Positions 50,501 to 58,884 of a stretch of 64,000 bases of DNA are shown here, one piece after another. The DNA is taken from contig AWSN01000001.1 of assembly GCA_000505065.1 (NCBI GenBank), positions 385-64,384 of the forward strand, written 5' to 3'. The position numbers and the translations under genes are program-made. This DNA comes from Parcubacteria bacterium RAAC4_OD1_1 (GTDB taxonomy: Bacteria > Patescibacteriota > Minisyncoccia > Phycocordibacterales > UBA9973). Below the pieces are notes generated by a model, which worked only from the letters and a program-made list of their open reading frames with translations, did no database searches and was not told where the DNA came from. Numbering within the stretch: the stretch's first letter is position 1; each line of letters opens with the position of its first letter.

Positions 50501-51293
50501 TGAAAATTATATGGATGTATCTTATGATACTGATATTTCTTTTAAAGATAATTTTTATTCAAATGATGGAGTTGCTTTTACAAGCAATGCTCTTGATCCG
50601 ACAGTCGCAGGAACTATCGTAAATCAATCATATGTAGAATCAAATCCTTCAACTAATTTATCTGTTATTAATATTGGTCAATATGGTATGTGGGATTTCT
50701 CTTTGTATGATAAAAGTGTAAGCAATAGTAGCTCTTATTGTTTAAGAGTTGTTAAAGCAAATAATGAACTTTTAGATACTTATTCTTTTATCCCAGAAAT
50801 AACGACAGCTGTATATAGAAGCCGTGGAGGCGGAATCAGGCATATTGCAAATCCTTTATGTATGGATGGTATAGATAATGATTCAGATACATATATAGAT
50901 GGAAATGATTCGAATTGTCATATTAATGGGGTTTTAAGTAATAGTTATATTACTGATTGGAATTCTGAGACTGTTTCCCCTGTAATAGCAGAAGGAGGAA
51001 CTGTAGATGGAGGAGAAGAAGTTACTTTACCAGCTTGTAGTGATTGGATAGATAATGATTCTGATACTGATATAGATAATCTTGACCCAGGTTGCCACTT
51101 AGATGGTAATATAAATAATACTTACATTCCAGAACACAATTCAGAAACTGTCGCTCCTGTTTCAAATACAGGAGGAACTTCCGGAGATGATTCTGGTGAT
51201 CTTGGTTATTTAAATAATAAATTAATATTTCAATTTACTTCTTTAAAGAATCTCAAAAATTTATTACTCGCGATGGTTTTAAGACCCTTTTAA
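47559..51293 (+). CDS. 1244-aa N-anchored Thr/Ser/Gly-rich surface protein with a roughly 230-aa poly-Gly-rich block and two C-terminal Cys-flanked DxDxD (Ca-binding-like) modules
   Basis: Gly block ...GGGGGTENNNAAVGGGGAGG...SGSGGSGIVIIRY (about 49590-50260). Repeated C(M/S)D(G/W)IDNDSDT(Y/D)ID..D..CH(I/L)(N/D)G...NSETV(S/A)PV at about 50850-51170. Confidence 0.7.
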   Translation: MFYQNKKLKRKIFKNIKIGIFVFSFMFTSLFSYLPNLNTNEVKVAEAYVGTRVKTVEFFAGQYASSTLANAGVQNNFEVQNVEISETNVDIINSYIEFSAQVGANASTTITEGLLYFSACAGTSCTPATPAMVMNTAGLGTSTGESQTIRLRTNIATAGTDTDIFSTFTGGAFSFQVGYCIDGASGTDGSTCNGTVAASIQSANAKLVTTYTYDDTSTYQTNTVIYPLESNTTGPVGSKTIVQASCTMDSNCPKFSYNTNIPELSSQVSQFFHTQFFGGSVSTTTDHQFQAQVDGNTSGSTMYFEQALSDNGGAMDYLVSGLDGYENNTAQQLETRVNGNAYVLGGENYVTYKYPNSAGVKTKTIVLPVGEVQTVGSITKSSLVGPTVKFPETGVSIKKAWFRVHTSAGGQTTASNLNITTKVGSNTESLATAYSIGGTLEGVSDDGYFIHMIPSSDYSHLETANIDTGIPVQMSAQWSTPYGAVSGELVITYTYTGDTNGFNTTQRLFAGQSTTTASTTFSAPTGAVGGIVDPYIYQGIGNASILGVSLKMDGKDTSATANQTVGANMSVYPNACTSSDTFNSTTLTDTQITKVSLFKEITGVVTNNNTTTYTPCYNSSQATIFNGTVAITTMVDFREVVASGGTETTINVGGIDYKVHTFLSSGTFTVTSGGGIEYLVVGGGGGTENNNAAVGGGGAGGVLTGSTSTDAGSYSITVGSGGLGYFGGTPGQGQQGGSSSIGSLVVATGGGASNSLPNGGSGAGGTAYSSSYGPGGTGIAGQGYPGGAASATRRAGGGGGASQAGGNSGINNYGGDGGDGIQSSINGTATYYGGGGGGAGYTTNGQGDGGLGGGANGSYGAPTSNQNGTPNTGGGGGGSKLFSSTVRSGSGGSGIVIIRYPMSTEPSFSQLDYRFFENEDGNFVYSSLGSQNTNVSLSQSGEDFRLRMLLKIENYNMTVEKSHFKLQFSEKSGSCDTSFVGENYMDVSYDTDISFKDNFYSNDGVAFTSNALDPTVAGTIVNQSYVESNPSTNLSVINIGQYGMWDFSLYDKSVSNSSSYCLRVVKANNELLDTYSFIPEITTAVYRSRGGGIRHIANPLCMDGIDNDSDTYIDGNDSNCHINGVLSNSYITDWNSETVSPVIAEGGTVDGGEEVTLPACSDWIDNDSDTDIDNLDPGCHLDGNINNTYIPEHNSETVAPVSNTGGTSGDDSGDLGYLNNKLIFQFTSLKNLKNLLLAMVLRPF

Positions 51294-51324
51294 AATTTCT
51301 TTTTTAAAAGTATAATATATATGT

Positions 51325-51747
51325 ATGAAAAGAAATAAATTAATAAATTTTCTTTTAGTTTTTGTTATCATTGGGGTTCTTTCTCTGGGAGGATATTTTT
51401 ATTATAAATTAAATCAATTAGAAAAAGATACAAATATAAGTGGAGACAAAGAGATTAAGAGTCTTATCTTAAAAGTAGAAAGATTATATTTAATTCCAAA
51501 TGATGAAGTCCCTACGATTGCCACAGTGACAGATCCTAAAATACTTAAAGACAAGTCTTTTTTTACTCTAGCAGAAATAGGGGATAAGGTCCTTATTTAT
51601 ACAAAGTTTGGTAAGGCTATACTCTATAGACCTAGTATAAATAAAATTGTTGAAGTTGTTTCTGTTGGTATTGATAATAAATTAGATTTTAGTAAAAGTG
51701 AGAACGTTGAAAATCAAGAAGAAATAGATAATAAAGATGATGAATAA
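51325..51747 (+). CDS. small N-anchored hypothetical protein (140 aa)
   Basis: Single N-terminal TM, acidic C-terminus. Confidence 0.45.
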   Translation: MKRNKLINFLLVFVIIGVLSLGGYFYYKLNQLEKDTNISGDKEIKSLILKVERLYLIPNDEVPTIATVTDPKILKDKSFFTLAEIGDKVLIYTKFGKAILYRPSINKIVEVVSVGIDNKLDFSKSENVENQEEIDNKDDE

Positions 51748-52723
51748 TTTATTTAAAAATATTTTTATAAAAATTTCTGTATTTTTAGTTTTATTTTTAC
51801 CACTTCATTCTTTTGCAGTTCTTTCTTGCTCTATTACTACTTCTGCTTTGTGTTCAGGGACGGTACTTCTTCGTATGTCAAGTAGTGACAATGCTCACGC
51901 TGAGCTCCCAAGTGAATCTACGATAGTTTATGATAATAATGTGGTTTGTTGTACAGGAGTGCCACAACTTTCAAATTCTTGTGCTGAATCTAATAAAGAA
52001 ATTTTTGCAAAATTATCTGGAGTGACGAATGCTCACGTAGAAGAAAATACACAATCAAATTATGTAAACAATGCTTGCATAGCTAGTACTTATGCTGGAG
52101 ATGAGATCACAGTAGGGTACCAGCCAAATGATTGTACTGGGTACGACACAATACTCTTTTCAATGTCTAATACTCCTACGAATTCTCAAGTAGGATCTCC
52201 GTCTTCATATAATAATAAAGTTTGTGCAAAAGTTTTTACGCAATCTATAACATTTAATATAAGTAATTATTCTGCTGGATTTGGGTATCTTTCTCCTTCG
52301 GGGATAAGATATGCTACTTCTGATGGGTTGGGTAGTTCTGTGGAAACAGAAGCTTACAATGTGGATATTAGCACCAATGCTTCTTCTGGTTATACTTTGT
52401 ATGTAAGAGGAGATACTTTAAAGAATGGATCTTATACTATAGATCCTATAGGTGGAACCAACATAACACCATCTCCTGGGTCAAATGCTTTTGGATTAAG
52501 AGCTGTAGCGACAGGGGGCAATGGTATAGTTTCTTCACCTTATGATGGGACTGGTTTTGCTTATGATGCTACAAATGCTACTCCCTCTGAGATAGGTTTT
52601 GCTACTTCGGGGAATGGTTTAAATACAGATTATTCTATTAGGTCTGTGGCCACTATTGATGATATTTTAAACTATGGTCTTTATTCAACTAACCTTACTT
52701 ATATAGTTGTCCCCAACTTTTAA
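51737..52723 (+). CDS. secreted Cys/Ser/Thr-rich hypothetical protein; contains a half REP-1 copy in frame (51901-51917)
   Basis: Signal peptide. TGAGCTCCCAAGTGAAT encodes AELPSE. Confidence 0.5.
   Translation: MMNNLFKNIFIKISVFLVLFLPLHSFAVLSCSITTSALCSGTVLLRMSSSDNAHAELPSESTIVYDNNVVCCTGVPQLSNSCAESNKEIFAKLSGVTNAHVEENTQSNYVNNACIASTYAGDEITVGYQPNDCTGYDTILFSMSNTPTNSQVGSPSSYNNKVCAKVFTQSITFNISNYSAGFGYLSPSGIRYATSDGLGSSVETEAYNVDISTNASSGYTLYVRGDTLKNGSYTIDPIGGTNITPSPGSNAFGLRAVATGGNGIVSSPYDGTGFAYDATNATPSEIGFATSGNGLNTDYSIRSVATIDDILNYGLYSTNLTYIVVPNF
51901..51917. repeat. partial REP-1 (TGAGCTCCCAAGTGAAT), identical to the right half plus flank of copy 4
   Basis: 17/17 match to 33539-33555. Confidence 0.6.
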
Positions 52724-52820
52724 AAATCTGTGGATAACTATATTTTTAAATATTTATTTGTGATATAATACAAGTGTATAATTTATTTTGTTATTTTATT
52801 ATTAATTAATTTATTCAAGT

Positions 52821-53948
52821 ATGATTAAAAAAATTGTTAGTCTCGTAGTTATGACTTCTTTTGTTTTAACTATGACAGGAGTTTTTCCTCTTACCTTGAT
52901 GGCTGCATCTATATCTTCTTCTAAGGCAACATTTGGTAGGTTGAAGGCCTCAACTCCTTCTGATTCTGTTATTATTCAGTTTGTTTCTCCAACGGGGATA
53001 CAGACAGGTGGTGCAGATACCATCTCTTTAACTTTTTCCTCCGATTTTACAGTAGCTCCTGAAGCTGTTGCTAATTTTGATGTAGGACTTGGAAATAGTG
53101 GAGTATGTTCTTCTGCTACATATACAGATGAAATAATTTCTTTGACTGCTTCTGCTACTGACTGGGGAGTTGACGTGACGGGCAATGTTATAACTTTTAG
53201 TCCAGAGACTGATGATGTTTTAACTGCTGGATATTGTATTAGGATTGAAATGGGGACGGCTGCTACAACAGGTGGGGCAGGCTCGGCAAGTACAATAACA
53301 AACGGACTAGCTGACGATGACGATACTATCACAATAGCTGGTGGTTTTGGAGATACTGGAGTTATGACTGTAGATATAGTAGATGATGATCAAGTGACAG
53401 TTACAGCAACAGTGAATCAAACAATGACTTTTGATCTAGATACTTCAGTTACAGATAGTGAGACAGATGCACCTTATACTGTACCACTTGGAGTTCTCTC
53501 TTCTTCATCTGTTAAAGTTTCAGGATCTACCGATTCTGTAAATATGATAATTGCAGAAGGTAATACAAATGCTTCAGGAGGTATGAATGTCACAGTTAAA
53601 AATGCTAATGGGGCAAATGGTTTAGTTTCAACTTCTACTCCAGCTGATAGAATAGAAAGTGCAACAGGCACAATGATAGCAGGGACAGAGAATTATGGTC
53701 TTTGCGTAGCTTCTGCTTCTTTGGCTGGTTTTACTAGAGCAACTGCTTATAATACAAATTGTGCATTAAACTCAGAGACAAATGCCATAATAGGTCTTAC
53801 TACAACCACTGCAGATTTGCTAACATCTTCTGCTCCTATATCAAGTGCTCATGCTGAAATAGTAGTAAACGCTGCTATTGCTGGAGCAACACCTGCACAT
53901 ACAGATTATACAGATACACTTACATTTATCGCTACTGCAAGTTATTAA
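52821..53948 (+). CDS. secreted Thr/Ser/Ala-rich hypothetical surface protein (375 aa)
   Basis: Signal peptide MIKKIVSLVVMTSFVLTMTGVFPLTLMAA. Low complexity. Confidence 0.5.
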   Translation: MIKKIVSLVVMTSFVLTMTGVFPLTLMAASISSSKATFGRLKASTPSDSVIIQFVSPTGIQTGGADTISLTFSSDFTVAPEAVANFDVGLGNSGVCSSATYTDEIISLTASATDWGVDVTGNVITFSPETDDVLTAGYCIRIEMGTAATTGGAGSASTITNGLADDDDTITIAGGFGDTGVMTVDIVDDDQVTVTATVNQTMTFDLDTSVTDSETDAPYTVPLGVLSSSSVKVSGSTDSVNMIIAEGNTNASGGMNVTVKNANGANGLVSTSTPADRIESATGTMIAGTENYGLCVASASLAGFTRATAYNTNCALNSETNAIIGLTTTTADLLTSSAPISSAHAEIVVNAAIAGATPAHTDYTDTLTFIATASY

Positions 53949-53964
53949 TCGCAAGAGATTTATT

Positions 53965-54990
53965 ATGTCAAAAAAATTAATTTTAAGGTTGCTAATACTT
54001 GTTTTTGTCCTTGCCTTAGGTGGTATTTCGAAGTCTCAAGCTATGACCATAACTCCTGTTAGATACGAACTTTCTGGTAATAAAGGTGATACAGTTTCCA
54101 AAGAAATAACCTTGATTAATGATGATGATGCTCCTGTTGTTTATTATTCTTCTTTTGCAAATTTTGAAGCTCAGGGTGAAAGTGGTAGTGCTGCTTTCAT
54201 AGAGAGACCCACAGAAGGCATAGGGACTTGGATGAGGACAGAAAGATCTGTCACTGTGTATCCTGGTGAACAAAAAACAATTGACTTTAGTATAGATATA
54301 CCAAATGATGCAGAATCAGGGGGTCACTTTGGTGTTATTTTTTGGGGGACATCTCCAGAAGATGTTGAAGACAATAAACAGCTTGCTGTTAGTGCCAAGA
54401 CCGGTCTTATCGTTTTGCTTTCTGTAAATGGAGATGTAAAAGAGGCTGGGGGACTTATTGAATTTGATACAAAAGATAGTAAATTTTGGTACAATACACT
54501 TCCTGTAAACTTTTATTATAGATTTAGAAATGATGGAGGTGACAGAATTAAACCAGAAGGGAAAATAAAAATTAAAAGTTTTTTATTTATTCCTGTTAAA
54601 AAGATAGATGCTAATCCAATGGATGGTAATATCTTACCAAATAGTACTAGAAAGTTTTCTATTGATTGGGTGAAATACACAAGACCAAAAGATAATGAAC
54701 CTCGTGAAGGATTAGTTGGTTTGTTCTTTGACAAAGTTGTTTATCAATGGAAAAATTTTGCTCTTGGTATTTATTCTGCTAAGTTAGATATAGCTTACGG
54801 TACACAAAATGAAAAAGCTGAAAAGGTTGCCTATTTCTTTGTTTTTCCTTGGCAACTATTTATATGTTTAATAATAATAATTATCATTATTTTTATTGGT
54901 GGTAAAAAATTAATCAAGAAATACAATAGCTATATAATAAATAAAGCTCATTCTCAAATGCAACTACCTACAAATGAGAACCATGTTTAG
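53965..54990 (+). CDS. cell-surface protein with signal peptide and C-terminal TM anchor (DUF916-like architecture)
   Basis: MSKKLILRLLILVFVLALGGISKSQA signal. C-terminal ...FFVFPWQLFICLIIIIIIIFIGGKKLIKK. The track start at 53878 is a TTG extension. Confidence 0.45.
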   Translation: MSKKLILRLLILVFVLALGGISKSQAMTITPVRYELSGNKGDTVSKEITLINDDDAPVVYYSSFANFEAQGESGSAAFIERPTEGIGTWMRTERSVTVYPGEQKTIDFSIDIPNDAESGGHFGVIFWGTSPEDVEDNKQLAVSAKTGLIVLLSVNGDVKEAGGLIEFDTKDSKFWYNTLPVNFYYRFRNDGGDRIKPEGKIKIKSFLFIPVKKIDANPMDGNILPNSTRKFSIDWVKYTRPKDNEPREGLVGLFFDKVVYQWKNFALGIYSAKLDIAYGTQNEKAEKVAYFFVFPWQLFICLIIIIIIIFIGGKKLIKKYNSYIINKAHSQMQLPTNENHV

Positions 54991-55876
54991 CAAGATTTCA
55001 ATTAAGAAAATAACTATCTTATTTGTTTTAGTTTTTTTTTCGTGTCAAATTTTTGCTGATGATATAATTTCAAATATTTCTATTTCTGCTATTGTAAATC
55101 CAGTAGATGGAGGAGGTGGTGGAGGTGGCGGTGGCGGAGGAGGCATACATATACCCACAGTAGTTAATTTTTCTGGTATGGCTTACCCAATGTCTCGAGT
55201 TTTTATTTTAAAAGATGGTAAAATGGCGGTTAGCACAATAGCAGATATTAATGCGAATTTTTCTGTTTCTATTTCAAATCTTTCTACAGACACTTATAAT
55301 TTTTCTGTTTATGGAGAAGATACAAATGGAAGAAAATCATCTTTTTTTACATTTCCAGTATATATAACATCTGGGACGACTGTAAATATTGGTAATATTT
55401 TTCTTTCTCCAACTATAGATATTGATAAAATAGAAGTTAAAAAAGGTGACAATTTGGCTATCTTTGGTCAAAGTGTACCCAATAGTGAAATTACTATTTT
55501 GATCTCTTCTGGAGTAGAATATTTTTTTAATGTAGCATCAAATAATTTTGGAGCATATTTATACAATCTAGATACTTCTATTTTAGAATTAGGAAAATAT
55601 CAAACTAAATCCAAATCAACTATTTTTAATCAGATAAGTCCTTATTCTAGTCCACTTTCATTTATTGTTGGGCATATAAATAGAAAGAATGAATTACCAA
55701 ATTGTTCTTCTTTGCGAGGTGATTTAAATTGTGATAATCACGTGAATCTTATAGATTTTTCTATTATGGCGTATTGGTATAGAAAAGAAAATCCATTACC
55801 AAGAGTAGATCTTAGTAACGATGGCAGGATAACTTTAGTTGATTTTTCTATAATGGCATTTAATTGGACTGGTTAG
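54974..55876 (+). CDS. secreted protein with poly-Gly linker and C-terminal dockerin-like domain
   Basis: Signal peptide. G12 run (55115-55150). C-terminal duplicated Ca-loop/helix segments DLNCDNHVNLIDFSIMAYWY ... DLSNDGRITLVDFSIMAFNW fit the dockerin DxNxDGx(I/V)xxxDxxxh repeat pair. Confidence 0.55.
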   Translation: MRTMFSKISIKKITILFVLVFFSCQIFADDIISNISISAIVNPVDGGGGGGGGGGGGIHIPTVVNFSGMAYPMSRVFILKDGKMAVSTIADINANFSVSISNLSTDTYNFSVYGEDTNGRKSSFFTFPVYITSGTTVNIGNIFLSPTIDIDKIEVKKGDNLAIFGQSVPNSEITILISSGVEYFFNVASNNFGAYLYNLDTSILELGKYQTKSKSTIFNQISPYSSPLSFIVGHINRKNELPNCSSLRGDLNCDNHVNLIDFSIMAYWYRKENPLPRVDLSNDGRITLVDFSIMAFNWTG

Positions 55877-55900
55877 TAAATTAGCAAAATAATTAAAATT

Positions 55901-56779
55901 ATGAAAAAAATATTTATATTATCTATAATAATATCATTAGGGATCTGTCTTAAAATAGAAGCTTCTTCTTTATTTTTAGATTTATCAAAAGAAGAAGTTT
56001 CTGTGGGTGAACAATTTTATGTTGATATTGTGCTAGATACACAAGGTAAAAGTATAAATGGTATTAATTCTAGTTTTTCGTTTAATAATGATTTATTTAG
56101 ATTAGTTAGGATAGAGGATTCTAAATCAATGATAAACTATTGGATAGATAAACCAAGTGATAATAATTCTGGCAGGATTGATTTTTCTGGTATAATAGTA
56201 AATGGATTTGATGGAGTGATAGATCCTTTTAATTTAGAAAATAAACTTCCAGGAATTATTTTAAGAATAGTTTTTGAGCCTTTATCTTCTGGAACTCATT
56301 CGTTTGATCTTTATGAAGCATCGGCTACATTAAATGATGGTAATGGGACGATTCTTGATTTAGATGATAATCATTTGTCTATTAATATTTTAGATTCAAT
56401 AAAAGATATTTCTATTCCAGTAGAATCAAGCACTCCTCAAATCTCATTTGAAATTATTAAAGAAAAAGATCTTTATGATAATAAATATGTTATAATTTTC
56501 AATGCGACAGACGAAAGTTCTGGGATTCGTGAAGTTTTAATAAAAGAAGGTTTTAGGAAATGGAAGCAAGTTGAGAGTCCGTATTTATTGAAAGATCAAT
56601 CAAGAAAGAGCAAGATAGTTTTAAAAGCAATCAATTTAACTGGTGGCTCTATGGAGCTTAAGATTGATCCAGTATATAAGAATAATATATCGATTTATTT
56701 ATTATCTATATTTGTCATTCTTATTTTGTTTTTAGTTTTTATAAAATATGTCAAGAATAAAAAACAACAGCCTTTATAA
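55901..56779 (+). CDS. membrane-anchored protein with one cohesin-like domain
   Basis: Signal peptide. About 140-aa module VSVGEQFYVDIVLDTQGKSINGINSSFSFNNDLFRLVRIEDS...SGRIDFSGIIVNGFDG...GIILRIVFEPLSSGTHSFDL...ATLNDGNGT resembles type-I cohesin. C-terminal TM ISIYLLSIFVILILFLVFIKYV. Confidence 0.5.
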   Translation: MKKIFILSIIISLGICLKIEASSLFLDLSKEEVSVGEQFYVDIVLDTQGKSINGINSSFSFNNDLFRLVRIEDSKSMINYWIDKPSDNNSGRIDFSGIIVNGFDGVIDPFNLENKLPGIILRIVFEPLSSGTHSFDLYEASATLNDGNGTILDLDDNHLSINILDSIKDISIPVESSTPQISFEIIKEKDLYDNKYVIIFNATDESSGIREVLIKEGFRKWKQVESPYLLKDQSRKSKIVLKAINLTGGSMELKIDPVYKNNISIYLLSIFVILILFLVFIKYVKNKKQQPL

Positions 56780-58784
56780 AGTATTTATATCTTCATTTTT
56801 CGTAGCCTTATTCTTTTTGAGTTACAATCAAGCTTTTTCTGCTGATATAAGAATGGTGTCTACTTTTCATAATTATAAGGTGGGTGATACTATAAAAATA
56901 AATGTAAATGTAAATAGTAAGACTTCTGTTAATGCAGTTTCTGGTGTTATAAATTTTCCGACAGATAAAGTCTCACTTTCTAGTGTTTCTAAAGATGACT
57001 CTATTATAAGTTTGTGGGCCAAAGATCCTGTTTTTTTAAATGATAATGATGGAAGTATCTCATTTGAGGGGATTATTTTAAATGGATTTATAGGTAAAGA
57101 AGGACAAATTTTAACTCTTAATTTTAAAGCTAAAAAAGAGGGAACGGTCAATATTTATTTTAATTATGCTTCTGTTTTAGCTAATGATGGTAATGGATCT
57201 GAAGTTGTTGAAGAAAAAAAATCAATAACTATAAACATAAAAGAAACATTTATTGTGCTTGGTGAAAAATTATCAGAAGCACAAATAGAAGAAGGATCTA
57301 AAGATGAAATACTTAAAATAGTTGAAATACCTAAAGAAGCTATTTTGAAAATAAGAAAAATTGAAGAGATCAACAAAATTCCAGTTAACAATCTTGTTAT
57401 TTTATTTGGTTTGTTGGTTATCCTTATTTTATTTTTAATAATAATATATGGGATATATTATATTTCTAAATTTAAAAAGTATATAAGAAAAAGGTTTTTT
57501 ATTTTTATATTTCTGTTTTCTTTACTATCACCATTACCATCTTTTGCTAATGATATAATAAATCTAAATGCCCCTTCTCTTTTACCAAGGTCAGAATTAT
57601 TTATTTCTCCTCGAACTGGTGATTTTATCGTTGGCTCTACTTTTGATGCTCCCATATATATAAATACTCTTGGAAATGATGTAAATGCTATTAGTGTCAA
57701 AATAAAATTTGACCCGAGAAAACTTTCTATTATAAGACCATCGGGAGGAAAATCTATTTTTGGTATTTGGGTAGAACCTCCTAGTTATGATAATCAAAAA
57801 GGGACAGCTAGCTTGGTAGGGGTTATCCCTGATGGTATAGTTTCTAGTTCTGGTCTTGTGGCTACTATTACTTTCAAAGTTTTATCTTCTGGGGATACGA
57901 ATGTATTTATATCAAATGATTCGAGTGCTAATATGAATGATGGATTAGGGACTCCAGTACGTTTGAGTTTGGGTAATGCATATTATAATTTTACACCAAA
58001 GATTCCAGATGGAGTTCTTGTCTTTTCCGATACACATCCAATGGAAGGTCATTGGTATAATAACAATTCTCCAATTATAAGATGGGAAAATAGTGATACG
58101 ACAGAAGGGTTTAATGTAATTCTTGATAATAATCCTAATACCATTCCTTCGACATCTATACTAACAACAAATTCATCAATTTCATATGAAAATTTAAAAG
58201 ATGGAGTGTGGTATTTGCATGTTAGAGAAAAGAATAAAGAAGTATGGGGGAATCCTTCTCATTTTCAAATAAAAATAGATACAAACAAACCCGCATTATT
58301 TAAACCAGAAGCTAGTATTTTAGAAGAGATTTCTGGGACAAGAAAGTATTCACTTTCTTTTGTCACTACCGATTCATTATCAAATATAAGCCATTATGAA
58401 GTTGGAACCATTGAAAAGAAAAATGAAATAGAGATTGCTTCACCAGTTTTTATTGAAACCGAGAGTCCTTATATTGTACCAAACACTACAGAAGATAGTA
58501 TGAGAGTAATAGTTCGAGCTTTTGACTTTGCTGGTAATATGCAAGAAGCATATGTAGATCTTTATCCAGGATATACTTTATTTAAAAGTTTTAAAAAATA
58601 TGGAGCATATTTACTTGGATTTTTAGTAATATTTATGCTATTTGAGCTTCTATTCCATTATCTTTTTGGGCACCATATTTTGTCTCACGTAAAGAAAGCC
58701 TATTATTACTTCAAGGGAATGTCTGATTATCCCAAAGAAGAAGAAAAACCGACAGAAGAATCTGTAAATAATATTGATAAATAA
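56748..58784 (+). CDS. membrane-anchored protein with two cohesin-like domains and a C-terminal TM segment
   Basis: Modules at about aa 30-150 (YKVGDTIKINVNVNSKTSVNAVSGVINFPTDKVSL...GSISFEGIILNGF...GQILTLNFKAKKEGT) and about aa 270-400 (GDFIVGSTFDAPIYINTLGNDVNAISVKIKFDPRKLSI...GTASLVGVIPDG...ATITFKVLSSGDT). Internal and C-terminal TM segments. Confidence 0.5.
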   Translation: MSRIKNNSLYKVFISSFFVALFFLSYNQAFSADIRMVSTFHNYKVGDTIKINVNVNSKTSVNAVSGVINFPTDKVSLSSVSKDDSIISLWAKDPVFLNDNDGSISFEGIILNGFIGKEGQILTLNFKAKKEGTVNIYFNYASVLANDGNGSEVVEEKKSITINIKETFIVLGEKLSEAQIEEGSKDEILKIVEIPKEAILKIRKIEEINKIPVNNLVILFGLLVILILFLIIIYGIYYISKFKKYIRKRFFIFIFLFSLLSPLPSFANDIINLNAPSLLPRSELFISPRTGDFIVGSTFDAPIYINTLGNDVNAISVKIKFDPRKLSIIRPSGGKSIFGIWVEPPSYDNQKGTASLVGVIPDGIVSSSGLVATITFKVLSSGDTNVFISNDSSANMNDGLGTPVRLSLGNAYYNFTPKIPDGVLVFSDTHPMEGHWYNNNSPIIRWENSDTTEGFNVILDNNPNTIPSTSILTTNSSISYENLKDGVWYLHVREKNKEVWGNPSHFQIKIDTNKPALFKPEASILEEISGTRKYSLSFVTTDSLSNISHYEVGTIEKKNEIEIASPVFIETESPYIVPNTTEDSMRVIVRAFDFAGNMQEAYVDLYPGYTLFKSFKKYGAYLLGFLVIFMLFELLFHYLFGHHILSHVKKAYYYFKGMSDYPKEEEKPTEESVNNIDK

Positions 58785-58884
58785 GGTTATTTGGGAATAT
58801 TATTTGCTTTATTTAATCATATTTTTATGATAGAATATAAGTATACAAAACCATTTTTTTAAATGGATATTTAATTTTTAATTT

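Noticed and set aside
36797-50622. Numerous 60-90-aa ORFs on both strands inside the giant and Gly-rich genes (e.g. 36797..37042-, 40081..40272+, 44640..44849-, 49771..49965-, 50035..50250+)
   Set aside because: They are embedded in or antisense to long, clearly coding repeat-rich genes. The low-complexity translations are driven by GGN/ACN repeats.
55115-55150. GGAGGAGGTGGTGGAGGTGGCGGTGGCGGAGGAGGC tandem repeat
   Set aside because: It is coding (12 consecutive Gly, a linker in the dockerin protein), not a non-coding microsatellite. It is not CRISPR-like: no spacers and no repeat-spacer periodicity.
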